DNA of 64,000 bases from Bacillota bacterium (GTDB lineage Bacteria > Bacillota > Clostridia > Christensenellales > Aristaeellaceae): the NCBI GenBank assembly GCA_023415715.1, contig JAEZJP010000206.1, positions 16,949 to 80,948 of the forward strand, read 5' to 3'. Numbering within the stretch: position 1 is the first letter of the stretch; each line of letters opens with the position of its first letter. Both the position numbers and the translations under genes were made by a program. Shown here piece by piece: positions 43,286-53,533 of this stretch. The notes below the pieces were generated by a model. The model made no database searches. It had not been told where the DNA came from and saw only the letters and a list, made by a program, of their open reading frames with translations.

Positions 43286-43621
43286 ATGACTAAAGCGGAG
43301 TTTGTAACCGCTCTATCTGCCCAAATACCTGGGTATGTGCGCATCACGGTGGATCAGTCGGAAGCCGCCCTAATGGCAACCATCGCGAACGCCGCGGCTG
43401 ATTTTGTAGAAGACGCAACAGGAACCTATGTGCCGTGGGACAATGGGCGGGCCATGATTGTCGCCCTTTCCATCTCATCGGATATGTACGACAAACGCAC
43501 CTATACCGGGGCAGCTATCCAGAACGTCACACGCCTGATGATGGATGATTTCTTGTTACAGCTGAAGCTTAAAGCCCGGATGGCAGAACAAGCCGCTTTG
43601 GCGGCGGAGGCGGCCACATGA
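43286..43621 (+). CDS. head-tail connector (gp6-like)
   Basis: Assigned from size and position. No diagnostic motif. Confidence 0.55.
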   Translation: MTKAEFVTALSAQIPGYVRITVDQSEAALMATIANAAADFVEDATGTYVPWDNGRAMIVALSISSDMYDKRTYTGAAIQNVTRLMMDDFLLQLKLKARMAEQAALAAEAAT

Positions 43622-43953
43622 TAGAGCAAGCCGGGGAACTGCGCCACATGATCAGCATCGTAAAGGTCGTAAACACAAAAGACGCGGAAAGCATCACCAC
43701 GTCTTCCGATGTGGCCGTGTGCACCTGCTGGGCATCGGTAAAGGATGCCGGAAGCCGCGAGTTCTATCAGGCGGCAGCGCAGCAGCTTGAGGATGTGGTG
43801 AATTTCGTCATCCGATGGAGAACGGACATCAAGGCGGGAATGGTGATCGTATTCGACGGGGCGCGTCATGAAATTAAACAAGTAAGCCGCCTTTCACATG
43901 CACGGGATTATATTCTGCTCAAAACCAACAGGCGGGCGGTGATCGCCGGATGA
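43618..43953 (+). CDS. head closure / head-tail adaptor protein
   Basis: ELRHMISIVK...WASVKDAGSREFYQAAAQQ...FVIRWR matches the head-closure (SPP1 gp16-like) pattern. Confidence 0.65.
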   Translation: MIEQAGELRHMISIVKVVNTKDAESITTSSDVAVCTCWASVKDAGSREFYQAAAQQLEDVVNFVIRWRTDIKAGMVIVFDGARHEIKQVSRLSHARDYILLKTNRRAVIAG

Positions 43954-44294
43954 CGATCAAAACACGGGTAACAACCGCACTTGAGAACACAGGGATACCG
44001 GTATTTTTCGGGGCGTGGAAGCCGACAACGGAAGCAGAAGAACCGCCAGATATTTACCTGGTATTCACCACCGTGACACGTCCGAACAGATATGCGGACA
44101 ATGTGCGCAAGGGATGGAGGCACTATATTTACCTAAATCTTTGGGCGAAAGTGCCATACTCCAGTCAAAAGGATTCCGTTATATCAGCGATGGAGATTGC
44201 TGGATTTTCAATCATTGACATTGAAGATAGATTGGAAGAAGAAACAGGCATGAACCTTTGCGCTCTATCATGCTTCTTCCTGGAGGCGGTTTGA
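43950..44294 (+). CDS. tail-completion-type hypothetical protein
   Basis: Assigned from position in the connector cluster only. Confidence 0.45.
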   Translation: MTIKTRVTTALENTGIPVFFGAWKPTTEAEEPPDIYLVFTTVTRPNRYADNVRKGWRHYIYLNLWAKVPYSSQKDSVISAMEIAGFSIIDIEDRLEEETGMNLCALSCFFLEAV

Positions 44295-44698
44295 TGGCTG
44301 TTGAAATATCGGGCATGAATGCCATACTGAGCGATATCGAAAAGATGATACCGACGGATACGGATGTGGACGCGGCACTGATTGCTGGAGCGGACATAAT
44401 CACAGAGAACATGCGGGAACGGGCACCCGTGCAGCCTGGAGGTGGAGAACTCAAGGAAGCCATCAAGACGGGACCGCCTAAAACTACTTCCAGGGGACGG
44501 ACAGTGACATCCGGGGTACACAAAGCAGATTTCCACGAAGAGGACTATTATCCTGCCTATGTGGAGTATGGGCATGGAGGACCGCATCCGGCGCCGCCGC
44601 ACCCATATGCGCGGCCAGCTTACGACGAAAAAAAAGATGAAGCCTGGAATGCGGTAAAGGCCGCAACAATAGCACAACTGCAAAAGAAGGGATTGTGA
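44294..44698 (+). CDS. HK97 gp10-family morphogenesis protein
   Basis: ORF 44258..44698. Start moved to MAVEISGMNAIL. YPAYVEYGHGG...ARPAYDEKKDEAW matches the gp10 pattern. Confidence 0.7.
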   Translation: MAVEISGMNAILSDIEKMIPTDTDVDAALIAGADIITENMRERAPVQPGGGELKEAIKTGPPKTTSRGRTVTSGVHKADFHEEDYYPAYVEYGHGGPHPAPPHPYARPAYDEKKDEAWNAVKAATIAQLQKKGL

Positions 44699-44702
44699 GA
44701 AA

Positions 44703-45275
44703 ATGAATCCTATCATCGGATTGGAAGCGCTGGTCACCGCGGAACAAACCGCCGACACCAGCAGTGCCCTGACATACGGAACCATTGAACCCATTGAGGG
44801 GCTTGTGGACGTGCAGCTGGAGGATTCCAGCGCTGACAGCGAGCCGAAATACGCTGACAACGCTGAAAAATTCAGGCTGTTCAAACAGGCAAAGATGAAG
44901 TTGACCATTGAACTGCTGGCCACCGAAATCGCGACGTTGGCGAAGTTTTACGGCCATACAACCGCTTCCGGAGTGACCACCAAGAAAGACAGCGACACCC
45001 CGCCCTACCGTGCGTTTGGATTCAAGGCTGATGATGGCGCCGGGAATCAAGACGGCATCTGGCTGAAAAAGTGCATCCCTGTGAAGCGCACCAACGGCAT
45101 GACCTACCACACCAAGGAAGGAGACAATACCGCCGTCCAGACGGTCAAGGTGGAGTTTGAGTGCATACCCACCATCAAGGATAAGGAATACCAGGCTATG
45201 TGCAACAGCGGAGACGCTGCTATGTCCGCAACCTGGGCGACATGGTTCGCCACTGTGCCCGGAGTAACCACTTGA
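44703..45275 (+). CDS. major tail protein
   Basis: 190 aa. Assigned from position and a phi13-like pattern. Followed by a terminator. Confidence 0.7.
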   Translation: MNPIIGLEALVTAEQTADTSSALTYGTIEPIEGLVDVQLEDSSADSEPKYADNAEKFRLFKQAKMKLTIELLATEIATLAKFYGHTTASGVTTKKDSDTPPYRAFGFKADDGAGNQDGIWLKKCIPVKRTNGMTYHTKEGDNTAVQTVKVEFECIPTIKDKEYQAMCNSGDAAMSATWATWFATVPGVTT

Positions 45276-45291
45276 TAAACACGACTGACGC

Positions 45292-45320
45292 GGCGGCCTC
45301 GTAAGGGGCCGCCTTCTTTT
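45292..45320 (+). terminator. terminator after the major tail gene
   Basis: GGCGGCC-TCGTAAGG-GGCCGCC followed by TTCTTTT. Confidence 0.65.
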
Positions 45321-45335
45321 CGCAAGGAGGACACC

Positions 45336-45749
45336 ATGACAATTGAACTTGGAAAGAAAAAATACACAGTTGAAGGCGTGCCAATCCGCGCATTGGCGGA
45401 GATGGATGAAGCCTGGGACGTATACCGAAAGCTTGTAAAGGCCGCGTCAGGACAGGATGCCGGGGATTCCGGATTTCATCAGATTGTTACACCACTGGCT
45501 AAATGGCTGGTGGTCCTTTTTAAAGATCAATTCACCGTGGATGAAGTTATGGACAACTATCCAGCAGATCGATTCATTGCCGACGTGGGCCTTATGCTTC
45601 AAGCTGTGGCCGGACGCGTAACTGATGCCCTTACCGCTTTCCCTACGAAAGCAAGGCCGGTACAGAAAAAGGGAAAAAGCCGTATCGAGACCTTGCTTAC
45701 AAGATTTATTCCGCGTACATGGAAAACGGACGCACGCCAGATGAAATAG
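45336..45749 (+). CDS. tail assembly chaperone (gpG-like, zero-frame product)
   Basis: 137 aa, immediately upstream of the tape measure gene. Confidence 0.7.
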   Translation: MTIELGKKKYTVEGVPIRALAEMDEAWDVYRKLVKAASGQDAGDSGFHQIVTPLAKWLVVLFKDQFTVDEVMDNYPADRFIADVGLMLQAVAGRVTDALTAFPTKARPVQKKGKSRIETLLTRFIPRTWKTDARQMK

Positions 45750-45859
45750 GCGGATGCGATGCGATTGCAATATTGAAAGTCATGGCGTGGAAATGCGCCC
45801 AAACAGAAGAAGCTACCGAACCGAAACCTAAGCTGCTACGCGATATTTTGAAGCGCTAA
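45336..45859 (+). CDS. tail assembly chaperone gpGT-like product via programmed -1 frameshift
   Basis: Slippery heptamer G-GGA-AAA at 45671-45677 in the zero frame. The -1 frame is open from there to the TAA at 45857-45859 and reads KPYRDLAYKIYSAYMENGRTPDEIGGCDAIAILKVMAWKCAQTEEATEPKPKLLRDILKR. Confidence 0.6.
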
Positions 45860-45871
45860 GGAGGCCGCATT

Positions 45872-48800
45872 ATGGCTGAAACAATTAGAGAAATGGTCAT
45901 CCGCATGACCATGGATGCCGGAGGAATGCGCAAGAGCGCTGATGAGGCGAAGCGGCAAATCAGCCTTCTCAACAGCGAATTGAAGGCGGCAGGCAGCGCC
46001 AGCGATGGAGCGGCAAACAAGCTGAAGCTTTTGGGTGAAAAGCTGGGCTTGCAAAAGGGACAAATCGAAAACTATGCAAAAGCTGTGGAACAGGCAAAAA
46101 GAAACCTCGCAAACGCCAGCACGGAAGCTGACAAGCTTGCAAAAGCGAGGGACCTGAGTCGCATGGAAACCAGTTTAAAAAACGCACAGGCGGCGGCTAA
46201 AAAAACCGCTGATGAAATCAACCGCATCAATGCCATGAAATTCACCAATTTCGGGAATGCCATGCAGACGGCCGGAAGGCAGATGCAGAGTTTTGCCCGA
46301 GGGTTTAACCTGTATATCGCCGCGCCTTTGGCTGCGCTTGGGGTTGGAAGCTATAAGGCATATACCACTTTTGAAAGCGCATTTGCAGGCGTGCGCAAGA
46401 CCGTGGATGCCACGGAAGAAGAGTTTGCCATCCTGCAAGAAGGCATCATTGCCATGAGTGAAACGATGCCGCAAAGCGCAGCAGAACTGGCCGGGATCAT
46501 GGAGATGGCCGGGCAGCTTGGCGTACCCAAAAATAACCTGCTGGAGTTTACCAAGACGATGGCGATGCTGGGAGATTCCACCAACATTGACAGTGTGGGC
46601 GGAGCGGAAGCCCTGGCCAGGTTCATGAACATCACAAAATCAGCATGGGGAGAAACCGGAAAGTTGGGTGCGGTACTGGTCGCATTGGGCAACAACTTTG
46701 CCACCACCGAATCTGAAATCCTTGACATGTCCACAAGGCTGGCAGCGGCAGGTACACTGACGGGGTTTTCTGCTACGGAAATCATGGGTCTTGCCGCCGC
46801 AATGAGCAGCATGGGCATTGAGGCCGACGCCGGCGGAACCGCAGCCGGGAAACTCATGAAGGAAATGCAGCTTGCCGCTGAAACAGGCGGGGAAGCCGCA
46901 GATATGTTTGCAAAGGTGATGGGCACCGACGCGGCGGGGTTTGCTGCCAGTTTTAAGACCGACGCTGCGCAAACCATGATAAACTTCTTTGCCGGACTTG
47001 CAAGCATTGATGAAAGCGGGGCCACAAGCGTTGTAGCGATGCTTGATCAAATGGGCATCACGGAAGTGCGCATGAGTAACATGGTTGCCACGGGTGCAGC
47101 AAACGTGGAATTGTACTCCAACGCCACAAAAATGGCTGCGCAGGCTTATGATGATGGCGCAGCCCTGGTGGAGGAAGCCAGTAAAAGATACGCCACCACT
47201 GAATCACAGGACGCCATGATGTACAACAAAATGGAAAACGGCATGGCAGACCTTGGGGAAAACATTGCCACAACGGTTGAACCAGTAAAAAACGCGCTGG
47301 ACGATCTGCTCAGCAGATTCAAAAATTTGAGCGAAGTGGATCAGCAGAAGATTGTCAATGTGATGGGCGCGCTGGTCCTATCTGGAGCGGGGTTATTTGC
47401 CGTTGGGAAAACGGCATCCGCTGTTGGAAGCATCAGCAAAGGGATAGGATATTTGCTGGAGCATAAGACAGGAATTGTAAACACGCTGACAAGAATCGGA
47501 ACGTCACCATTATTTATTGGAATCGCCACTGGCGCTGCCATATATGCCCTCATAGCCTTTCTTGATAGCATCCCTACCGATGCAGAAAGGATCCTGGGAA
47601 GCCTCGCGAACATCCAGATCAATATTGACGAAAACAGCAAGAACGCCACGCTGGCGGCGATTGCGGAGGTAAAGGCCGCGGCTGATGCGCTATCAGGAGA
47701 AAAGGCGCAGGAATACGCAGGAACATCCGCCGCTGTTGCCGCTGGATATGGCACGTCTACCATGTTTGGTCAGGCACTTGAGTACGAGCGGGCAAAAGCG
47801 GAAAAACAGGTATCCGATGTGTCATCCATGTATTCCGAACAGGTGGATAACCTGAACAGGCAAATTGGAGCGGCGGTGCAGGCTGGTGACGATGCGCTTG
47901 CAATGGAATTATCAGGACAGCGTGACATAGTACAATCGGAATGGGATTCGACCGTAAGGATGGCCCAAACGGAATATACCAACATAGTAAGCGCTCTTGT
48001 TAACGGAATGATGTTGGCCCATCCGGAAGCAAAGGCGGCAATGGAGAAAGCCGCAAAAGAATATGACGTGCTGGCGATGATGGAAAAGGCGCTTTCCAGC
48101 AATTCGGATGAAATGGGGCAGGCCGCATGGGATACACTGCGCAGCAACATTGTACAGGGACTATCTGACCTGGGATACGGTGAGCAATTCGACCTGAACA
48201 CGGATTCTTATGCCACACTGCTATTAACGGCCAGGGATGCAGTGATGCAATCACTGAAGGACAATACCGCTCTTGCAAATGAAGGATCGTACGCATATAC
48301 CTTGCTCAATACGCTTATGTCAGCGGACGGAGCAACGGATATGCTTGATTTCACGCAACTGCAAGGCACACTAGATGGTATTGTAGAAACGCTGGATTTC
48401 AAGCAAGCTGCTCAAAAGGCCATCGACAACGGAAATGCAGACCTGTTTGGAGAAAACCTTACGCAGGGCCTTGCGGACGGAATGGTAAACTCCGCGTCAA
48501 CTACCATGCAGCCGGCTGCGAACACGGTAAGAGATACAACGCTTGATGCGCTCAGGACAGCATTTGATATGCATTCTCCCGCACGTGTAATGATCCCGGA
48601 GGGAATGAACATCCCTGCCGGGCTTGCGGAAGGTATCACTGCCGGCGCAAATTTGGTATATGCGGCTATGAATGTCATGCAAGCGCGGCTTGTATCACAG
48701 GCGGCCATGACCGCACGGATGATGTCAATAGCGTTCGCTCAAAACCTGAACCTGAATCCGACTGCCGGAGGGATAACGGGAGCAGGAGCAGGAAACGACG

Positions 48801-48913
48801 GCACATCTATCACATTCGGAGATGTCTACGTAAAAAGTAAGACGGATGCGGAAGTAATGGCGCGACAGATCGCAACACTCAACAGGAGAAACAAAGCCGG
48901 TTACGGATCGTAA
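45872..48913 (+). CDS. tape measure protein
   Basis: 1,013 aa, helical. Contains the TP901-type core AELAGIMEMAGQLGVPKNNLLEFTKTMAMLGDSTN. Confidence 0.9.
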   Translation: MAETIREMVIRMTMDAGGMRKSADEAKRQISLLNSELKAAGSASDGAANKLKLLGEKLGLQKGQIENYAKAVEQAKRNLANASTEADKLAKARDLSRMETSLKNAQAAAKKTADEINRINAMKFTNFGNAMQTAGRQMQSFARGFNLYIAAPLAALGVGSYKAYTTFESAFAGVRKTVDATEEEFAILQEGIIAMSETMPQSAAELAGIMEMAGQLGVPKNNLLEFTKTMAMLGDSTNIDSVGGAEALARFMNITKSAWGETGKLGAVLVALGNNFATTESEILDMSTRLAAAGTLTGFSATEIMGLAAAMSSMGIEADAGGTAAGKLMKEMQLAAETGGEAADMFAKVMGTDAAGFAASFKTDAAQTMINFFAGLASIDESGATSVVAMLDQMGITEVRMSNMVATGAANVELYSNATKMAAQAYDDGAALVEEASKRYATTESQDAMMYNKMENGMADLGENIATTVEPVKNALDDLLSRFKNLSEVDQQKIVNVMGALVLSGAGLFAVGKTASAVGSISKGIGYLLEHKTGIVNTLTRIGTSPLFIGIATGAAIYALIAFLDSIPTDAERILGSLANIQINIDENSKNATLAAIAEVKAAADALSGEKAQEYAGTSAAVAAGYGTSTMFGQALEYERAKAEKQVSDVSSMYSEQVDNLNRQIGAAVQAGDDALAMELSGQRDIVQSEWDSTVRMAQTEYTNIVSALVNGMMLAHPEAKAAMEKAAKEYDVLAMMEKALSSNSDEMGQAAWDTLRSNIVQGLSDLGYGEQFDLNTDSYATLLLTARDAVMQSLKDNTALANEGSYAYTLLNTLMSADGATDMLDFTQLQGTLDGIVETLDFKQAAQKAIDNGNADLFGENLTQGLADGMVNSASTTMQPAANTVRDTTLDALRTAFDMHSPARVMIPEGMNIPAGLAEGITAGANLVYAAMNVMQARLVSQAAMTARMMSIAFAQNLNLNPTAGGITGAGAGNDGTSITFGDVYVKSKTDAEVMARQIATLNRRNKAGYGS

Positions 48914-48925
48914 GGAGGCGGGCAG

Positions 48926-49636
48926 ATGGCCGAGCCTTATTTTGTTTGGAAAAATGTCAACAGCAGCACGATGGGGATCATCGTAAACACGTACCCGGAT
49001 TTTTCAAAGCCAGCAGAGCGGGTGAAGGAAATCACAGTGCCGGGCCGGGCTGGGACGCTGACGATGACCGAAGGCGATACGGTGCTGGATAATGTGGTCC
49101 TGACATGCGAATGCACCGTACCGCCCACCGCGGACCTCGCAGCGATAACCAACTGGCTGAGAGGAACCGGTATTGTGATATTTGGAAATGATGCCACGAA
49201 GTGCTATAAGGCCCGACTTGACAACCAACTTGACTTTGCACGAATGGTATCAGTGCAGGCATATCGCGAGGTTGCGATCCCGTTTACCTGCCAGCCGTTC
49301 AAATATCAAACCACTCCAGATGCCGACATTGTAAAAACCGTATCCGGACAGACTGCCTCCAATCCGGGGACGGTTTTTTCTTTGCCCAAAATCAAGGTAG
49401 AGGGAAGCGGAGACATCACCATTACCATTGCCACACAGGCGATACAACTGACTGGGATTTCCGGAGGCATCATCATCGACAGCGAGATGATGGATGCCTA
49501 CGACCTGACGGCCACAGCGCTTTTAAACGAACAAATGATAGGCGACTTTCCGATCATCCCGCCCGGAAACTTTGCAATCAGTTGGACCGGGACGGTTACA
49601 AAAGTCACCATTACGCCACGGTGGAGGTGGATTTAG
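48926..49636 (+). CDS. distal tail protein (Dit)
   Basis: 236 aa directly after the tape measure gene, with the phage-tail-family pattern. Confidence 0.75.
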   Translation: MAEPYFVWKNVNSSTMGIIVNTYPDFSKPAERVKEITVPGRAGTLTMTEGDTVLDNVVLTCECTVPPTADLAAITNWLRGTGIVIFGNDATKCYKARLDNQLDFARMVSVQAYREVAIPFTCQPFKYQTTPDADIVKTVSGQTASNPGTVFSLPKIKVEGSGDITITIATQAIQLTGISGGIIIDSEMMDAYDLTATALLNEQMIGDFPIIPPGNFAISWTGTVTKVTITPRWRWI

Positions 49637-52600
49637 TGATAACCCTGCATTCTGCGTTGACTGAAGACTGGGCGGGAAATGGCATATGCGTGCTGCTTCC
49701 CACGGAATGCGAGATCGAGGAAGAAGCGGGAGGCCTATATGAGCTGACCATGACGCACACGATCAGTGACGATTTGCGGGCGCGGGCGATAGAACGCGGC
49801 ATGCTTATCAAAACCCCGGTGCCGGCCCGCGAAACCCCGCTTATTCAGATCAGCGCGGAAGGACACCCGGAGCAGGCGGAACACGAGGTATGGGATACCA
49901 ATAAAGACACAAAGGTGTGGTCCAAGCCCAGCACGGGAACGTCGTACTCCACATGGAGTGATATGACGGAGTACAGCAAGGGTAACAAATGCACCTACCA
50001 GGGCAAAAACTACGCATGGAACGGCCCCACAGAAACCACGCCTACACCACCAGGAGGCCACTGGAAGCGTGTGGCTGCCACAAGCAACGTGCTGAAGGCG
50101 CTGGAGTCTGGTGAGGAGCTTATCTATCACGGAGCGTATAACGACACCTGGAGCCATGTCACCACATCGGACGGAGTGACCGGATACATCAAAACTGCCG
50201 ACATTGACTATCTTCGCACAGAGCCATACATCCCGGCCAGGCCATCCAGACAAGAAGCTGTTCCAGCGCGTCAAGTGAGGGAGCAACTTTTTCGTATATA
50301 TAGCGTTGAGGTTGACAGTTCAGAGCAAAACGTGATTGTGAAGGCCAGGCAAATCAGCTATGACATGACGGGGAATGTCATCAAGTCTTATGTAGCTGCA
50401 GATGAAACGCCACAGGATGTACTTGATGGAATATCGCTTGACCTGACAAATGAGAACGACTTTCGCTTTTACACGAACCTGACAGGGACTGTAAAGCAAG
50501 ACTATGCCAGAAAGAATTTAATTCAGGCCTTGCTTGACCCTGACATCGGACTGGTGCCCATGCAGAACGCTATGATGGTACGCGACAACTATGACGTATT
50601 CATACTTGCCGCTGTTGAGATAGACCGTGGCGTGCGCATCAAATACGGGAAAAACTTGTTAGGGATTAACGTTACAGAGGACCAGTCTTCGATCATCACG
50701 AGAATCATACCGGTTGGAAAAAACAAAGACGGGAAGCCTCTGCTTCTGCCTGAAGTTTGTATCGACAGCGAACGCATCTATGATTACCCGACCATCATCG
50801 CAAAATCCATTGACTATGATGTACAGGTAAAAGACGCCACAGAGGATGAGCCGGAAGTCACCACCGAGCAGGCGTATCAACTGTTGCGGGATAAGGTTGC
50901 GGAAGAATTCGCCAAAGGATGCGACCTGCCGGATATAGATGTTGATGTTGATTTTGTTCACCTGGGTGACACGGTGGAGTATGATGCTTTCCGTGAGTTG
51001 CAGCAGGTATTTTTGTACGACACCATCGGAGCAGACTATCTCCCCATGGGAATAGATCTGGCCATGAAGGTGACCGGGTACAAATTCGATTCTATAAGAA
51101 AAAAATACACCAAAATAAAACTGAGTACTAAGATTGTCAAGCGGCAGGATGTGACTGCCGCTTTTGAATTGCCTGACGGTGGGATCGGTGGAACCAAGAT
51201 TGCCTATGGTGCTGTAAACAGCCAGCACCTGCGGGATTTGGCGGTACTCACCGCACATATAGCGAACCTTGCTGTGAATGCTGCCAAAATCCAAGACGCG
51301 GCGATCGAGACGGCAAAAATCAAAGACCTGGCCGTTATAGCTGCAAAAATCGCTAATCTGGCTGTAGAAACCGCAAAAATCAAAGACTTGGCTGTAACAG
51401 ATGCCAAGATCAGCAATCTTGGCGTTAGCTATGCCAAAATCAAAGACCTGCTTACCGATACGGCCATCTTTACCCAGGGCATCGGTGATGAACTTTACAT
51501 CAACCGGCTTTACGTGACCGCTGCGAACGTCGCACACCTGGAAGTTGGTGAACTGGTATATAAGGACGCCAATGGAGACCTGTGGAAGATCGGAGTTGAC
51601 GGAAGTGGTAATGTAACGGCCACCAAGGTGGAGGTTGAATACCAGAACCTATCATCCACTGCGCTGCTGAATATCAGCGAATATGTGGTCGAGAAGTCAG
51701 AGACCGCACCATCATCGCCTTATGTCGGTAAATTGTGGTTAAAGCCATCAACAGGCATCGTATCCAGGTGCACAGCTGTCACACCCAGCGTTGTATGGGA
51801 GGCTGTAAAGGCTGGAGAACTGCATACCAGCTACATTTCGGCTACCGAAAAAGGGTTGGAGATTCTTTCGTCGGGGATCATCGAAGTAAAGGCCGGGGGT
51901 GCACTCAGATTTAAGTCGATGGGTAGTCTTAGCTTGGAAGCCGGAGCATCTGTAAACATTCTCACCGATGATTTTAAAATAATGAGTTCGTCAGGCGACC
52001 GAGAATTGTTAGTAGTAGATGAAAGCAGCGTCCGCGTTGGAGCGGACATCCTGGAGGCTCCATCGATTAAAGGCAACGTGCTAAATACTTTCCCAGGCGG
52101 CACGATCCCCTGGAAAGGCAGTCCGCCAGCTAGTATTAATAGCATTGGAAAACATTTTTTGGCTGATGGCACGCTTACGATTCCTGATGGTACGTATCCA
52201 GGGTTTACTGTAAAGAATATCAAGGGCGGCAGACTAACGATCAAATTTTCCAGCGGGGTAAAGTTTACCAGTCCTGTCCTTTTTTACTACTGTGACGATA
52301 TAAACATTTACGCAGACAACAAAGACACGGCTTATATCACGCCAAACGACACCGTTAGCGTTGGAATGCTATATGTAGTGGGTTGTAAGAGATTCCGCGC
52401 TTATCGCATTAACTTGTCTGGAACTACGCGAACATCTGCTGCTGACGGAACTCAAACAGGGCTATACGTCATGTCCAGTGAGGCAACTATAGATAGTTGC
52501 AGCATTGATAAAACATGCGCCAATGCTGCGTTGATTGATGAAAATTCGACCGTGTATCTTAATAGTTGCTTTGGTGGTATTGTTGGCGGGAACGTAGTAA

Positions 52601-53289
52601 GTTCGGTTGCAAACTTAGGTAATGGAGTGCGGTCGCTAAATGGCTCTCACGTCGAGGTAAACTATTCAACATTTGCGTCTGTAAATGGGGACAGTTCCTA
52701 CCGTGCCATACTCAATGCAAACGGAGCAACTCCCACCGGGAGCACAGGGACCACGCCGGCAGCACCGCAGACAAAGACGTATGCTGTCAGTGCTGGATAT
52801 ACAGTTAAAACAACGTCCGATGGGAGCAGCAGCGTAACATGGGCAAGTGGCGAGCCAAGGCAGGGAAGCTTTTGGCAAGAGGAAATAGTAGGAACCATAT
52901 ATGACTATGTTCATTACAACGGATTTGGCCTACTGCTTCTATCGGGAGCTGGAAGTATTGTCAGCGATCGCCCAAGTGGAAAAACAATAGCATCAGCACG
53001 CATGACGATCAGGAGAGATGCTGGAACAGGAACGAGCGGAGATATAACATGCACGCTGTACCGTCATAACTTTTCATCTGCGCCGACTGGTGCACCACTT
53101 ACGGTGCTTTCCACTGTTGCCGCTAGCGATGTAAGTATTGCGCCGGGCGAAGAAGTGACAATTGAGCTCAACGCAGGTGCAGTATCTGCTCTTAATGGAG
53201 GGACATGCAAGGGGTTTGGCTGGCGTAACACTGGAGGATATGGACGCTATGACATTTACGGAGAGCTTGAAGTAACATATACGCTGTAG
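49636..53289 (+). CDS. tail-associated protein / receptor-binding fibre (Tal-like)
   Basis: ORF 49582..53289. GTG start at 49636 overlaps the Dit stop. Prophage-tail N-domain with an inserted CBM5/12-like segment (YSKGNKCTYQGKNYAWNG...HWKRV) and an SH3-like segment. Six decapeptide repeats (xxAKIxxLAV). C-terminal beta-helix-like region. Confidence 0.8.
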   Translation: MITLHSALTEDWAGNGICVLLPTECEIEEEAGGLYELTMTHTISDDLRARAIERGMLIKTPVPARETPLIQISAEGHPEQAEHEVWDTNKDTKVWSKPSTGTSYSTWSDMTEYSKGNKCTYQGKNYAWNGPTETTPTPPGGHWKRVAATSNVLKALESGEELIYHGAYNDTWSHVTTSDGVTGYIKTADIDYLRTEPYIPARPSRQEAVPARQVREQLFRIYSVEVDSSEQNVIVKARQISYDMTGNVIKSYVAADETPQDVLDGISLDLTNENDFRFYTNLTGTVKQDYARKNLIQALLDPDIGLVPMQNAMMVRDNYDVFILAAVEIDRGVRIKYGKNLLGINVTEDQSSIITRIIPVGKNKDGKPLLLPEVCIDSERIYDYPTIIAKSIDYDVQVKDATEDEPEVTTEQAYQLLRDKVAEEFAKGCDLPDIDVDVDFVHLGDTVEYDAFRELQQVFLYDTIGADYLPMGIDLAMKVTGYKFDSIRKKYTKIKLSTKIVKRQDVTAAFELPDGGIGGTKIAYGAVNSQHLRDLAVLTAHIANLAVNAAKIQDAAIETAKIKDLAVIAAKIANLAVETAKIKDLAVTDAKISNLGVSYAKIKDLLTDTAIFTQGIGDELYINRLYVTAANVAHLEVGELVYKDANGDLWKIGVDGSGNVTATKVEVEYQNLSSTALLNISEYVVEKSETAPSSPYVGKLWLKPSTGIVSRCTAVTPSVVWEAVKAGELHTSYISATEKGLEILSSGIIEVKAGGALRFKSMGSLSLEAGASVNILTDDFKIMSSSGDRELLVVDESSVRVGADILEAPSIKGNVLNTFPGGTIPWKGSPPASINSIGKHFLADGTLTIPDGTYPGFTVKNIKGGRLTIKFSSGVKFTSPVLFYYCDDINIYADNKDTAYITPNDTVSVGMLYVVGCKRFRAYRINLSGTTRTSAADGTQTGLYVMSSEATIDSCSIDKTCANAALIDENSTVYLNSCFGGIVGGNVVSSVANLGNGVRSLNGSHVEVNYSTFASVNGDSSYRAILNANGATPTGSTGTTPAAPQTKTYAVSAGYTVKTTSDGSSSVTWASGEPRQGSFWQEEIVGTIYDYVHYNGFGLLLLSGAGSIVSDRPSGKTIASARMTIRRDAGTGTSGDITCTLYRHNFSSAPTGAPLTVLSTVAASDVSIAPGEEVTIELNAGAVSALNGGTCKGFGWRNTGGYGRYDIYGELEVTYTL
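51250..51450. repeat. 30-bp (decapeptide) repeats inside the tail fibre gene
   Basis: A-K-I recurs every 10 residues six times (AAKIQDAAIETAKIKDLAVIAAKIANLAVETAKIKDLAVTDAKISNLGVSYAKIKDL). Confidence 0.75.
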
Positions 53290-53292
53290 GAG

Positions 53293-53532
53293 GTGCGCAT
53301 GAAAGTATATCTTGACATCGGAGAGCCTGATGAAAAGGAACGTGTTCCAGTGGTTGTAACTGCAGTCCACGAAGATGGAAGTTATGACTACAAGGGCGAA
53401 TATTGCAGCGGATACCGCGCGGTCCAGACTCTCTATGATGAAAGTGGAGTGGAAGTGCAGCCGTCCGTGGAATCGCAGGAGATAACGCCGGAACTGCTGG
53501 AAGCTCTGAAAATATTACTTGGAGGTGAATAG
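53293..53532 (+). CDS. hypothetical small tail-region protein
   Basis: 79 aa, assigned from operon context. Confidence 0.5.
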   Translation: MRMKVYLDIGEPDEKERVPVVVTAVHEDGSYDYKGEYCSGYRAVQTLYDESGVEVQPSVESQEITPELLEALKILLGGE

Positions 53533-53533
53533 T

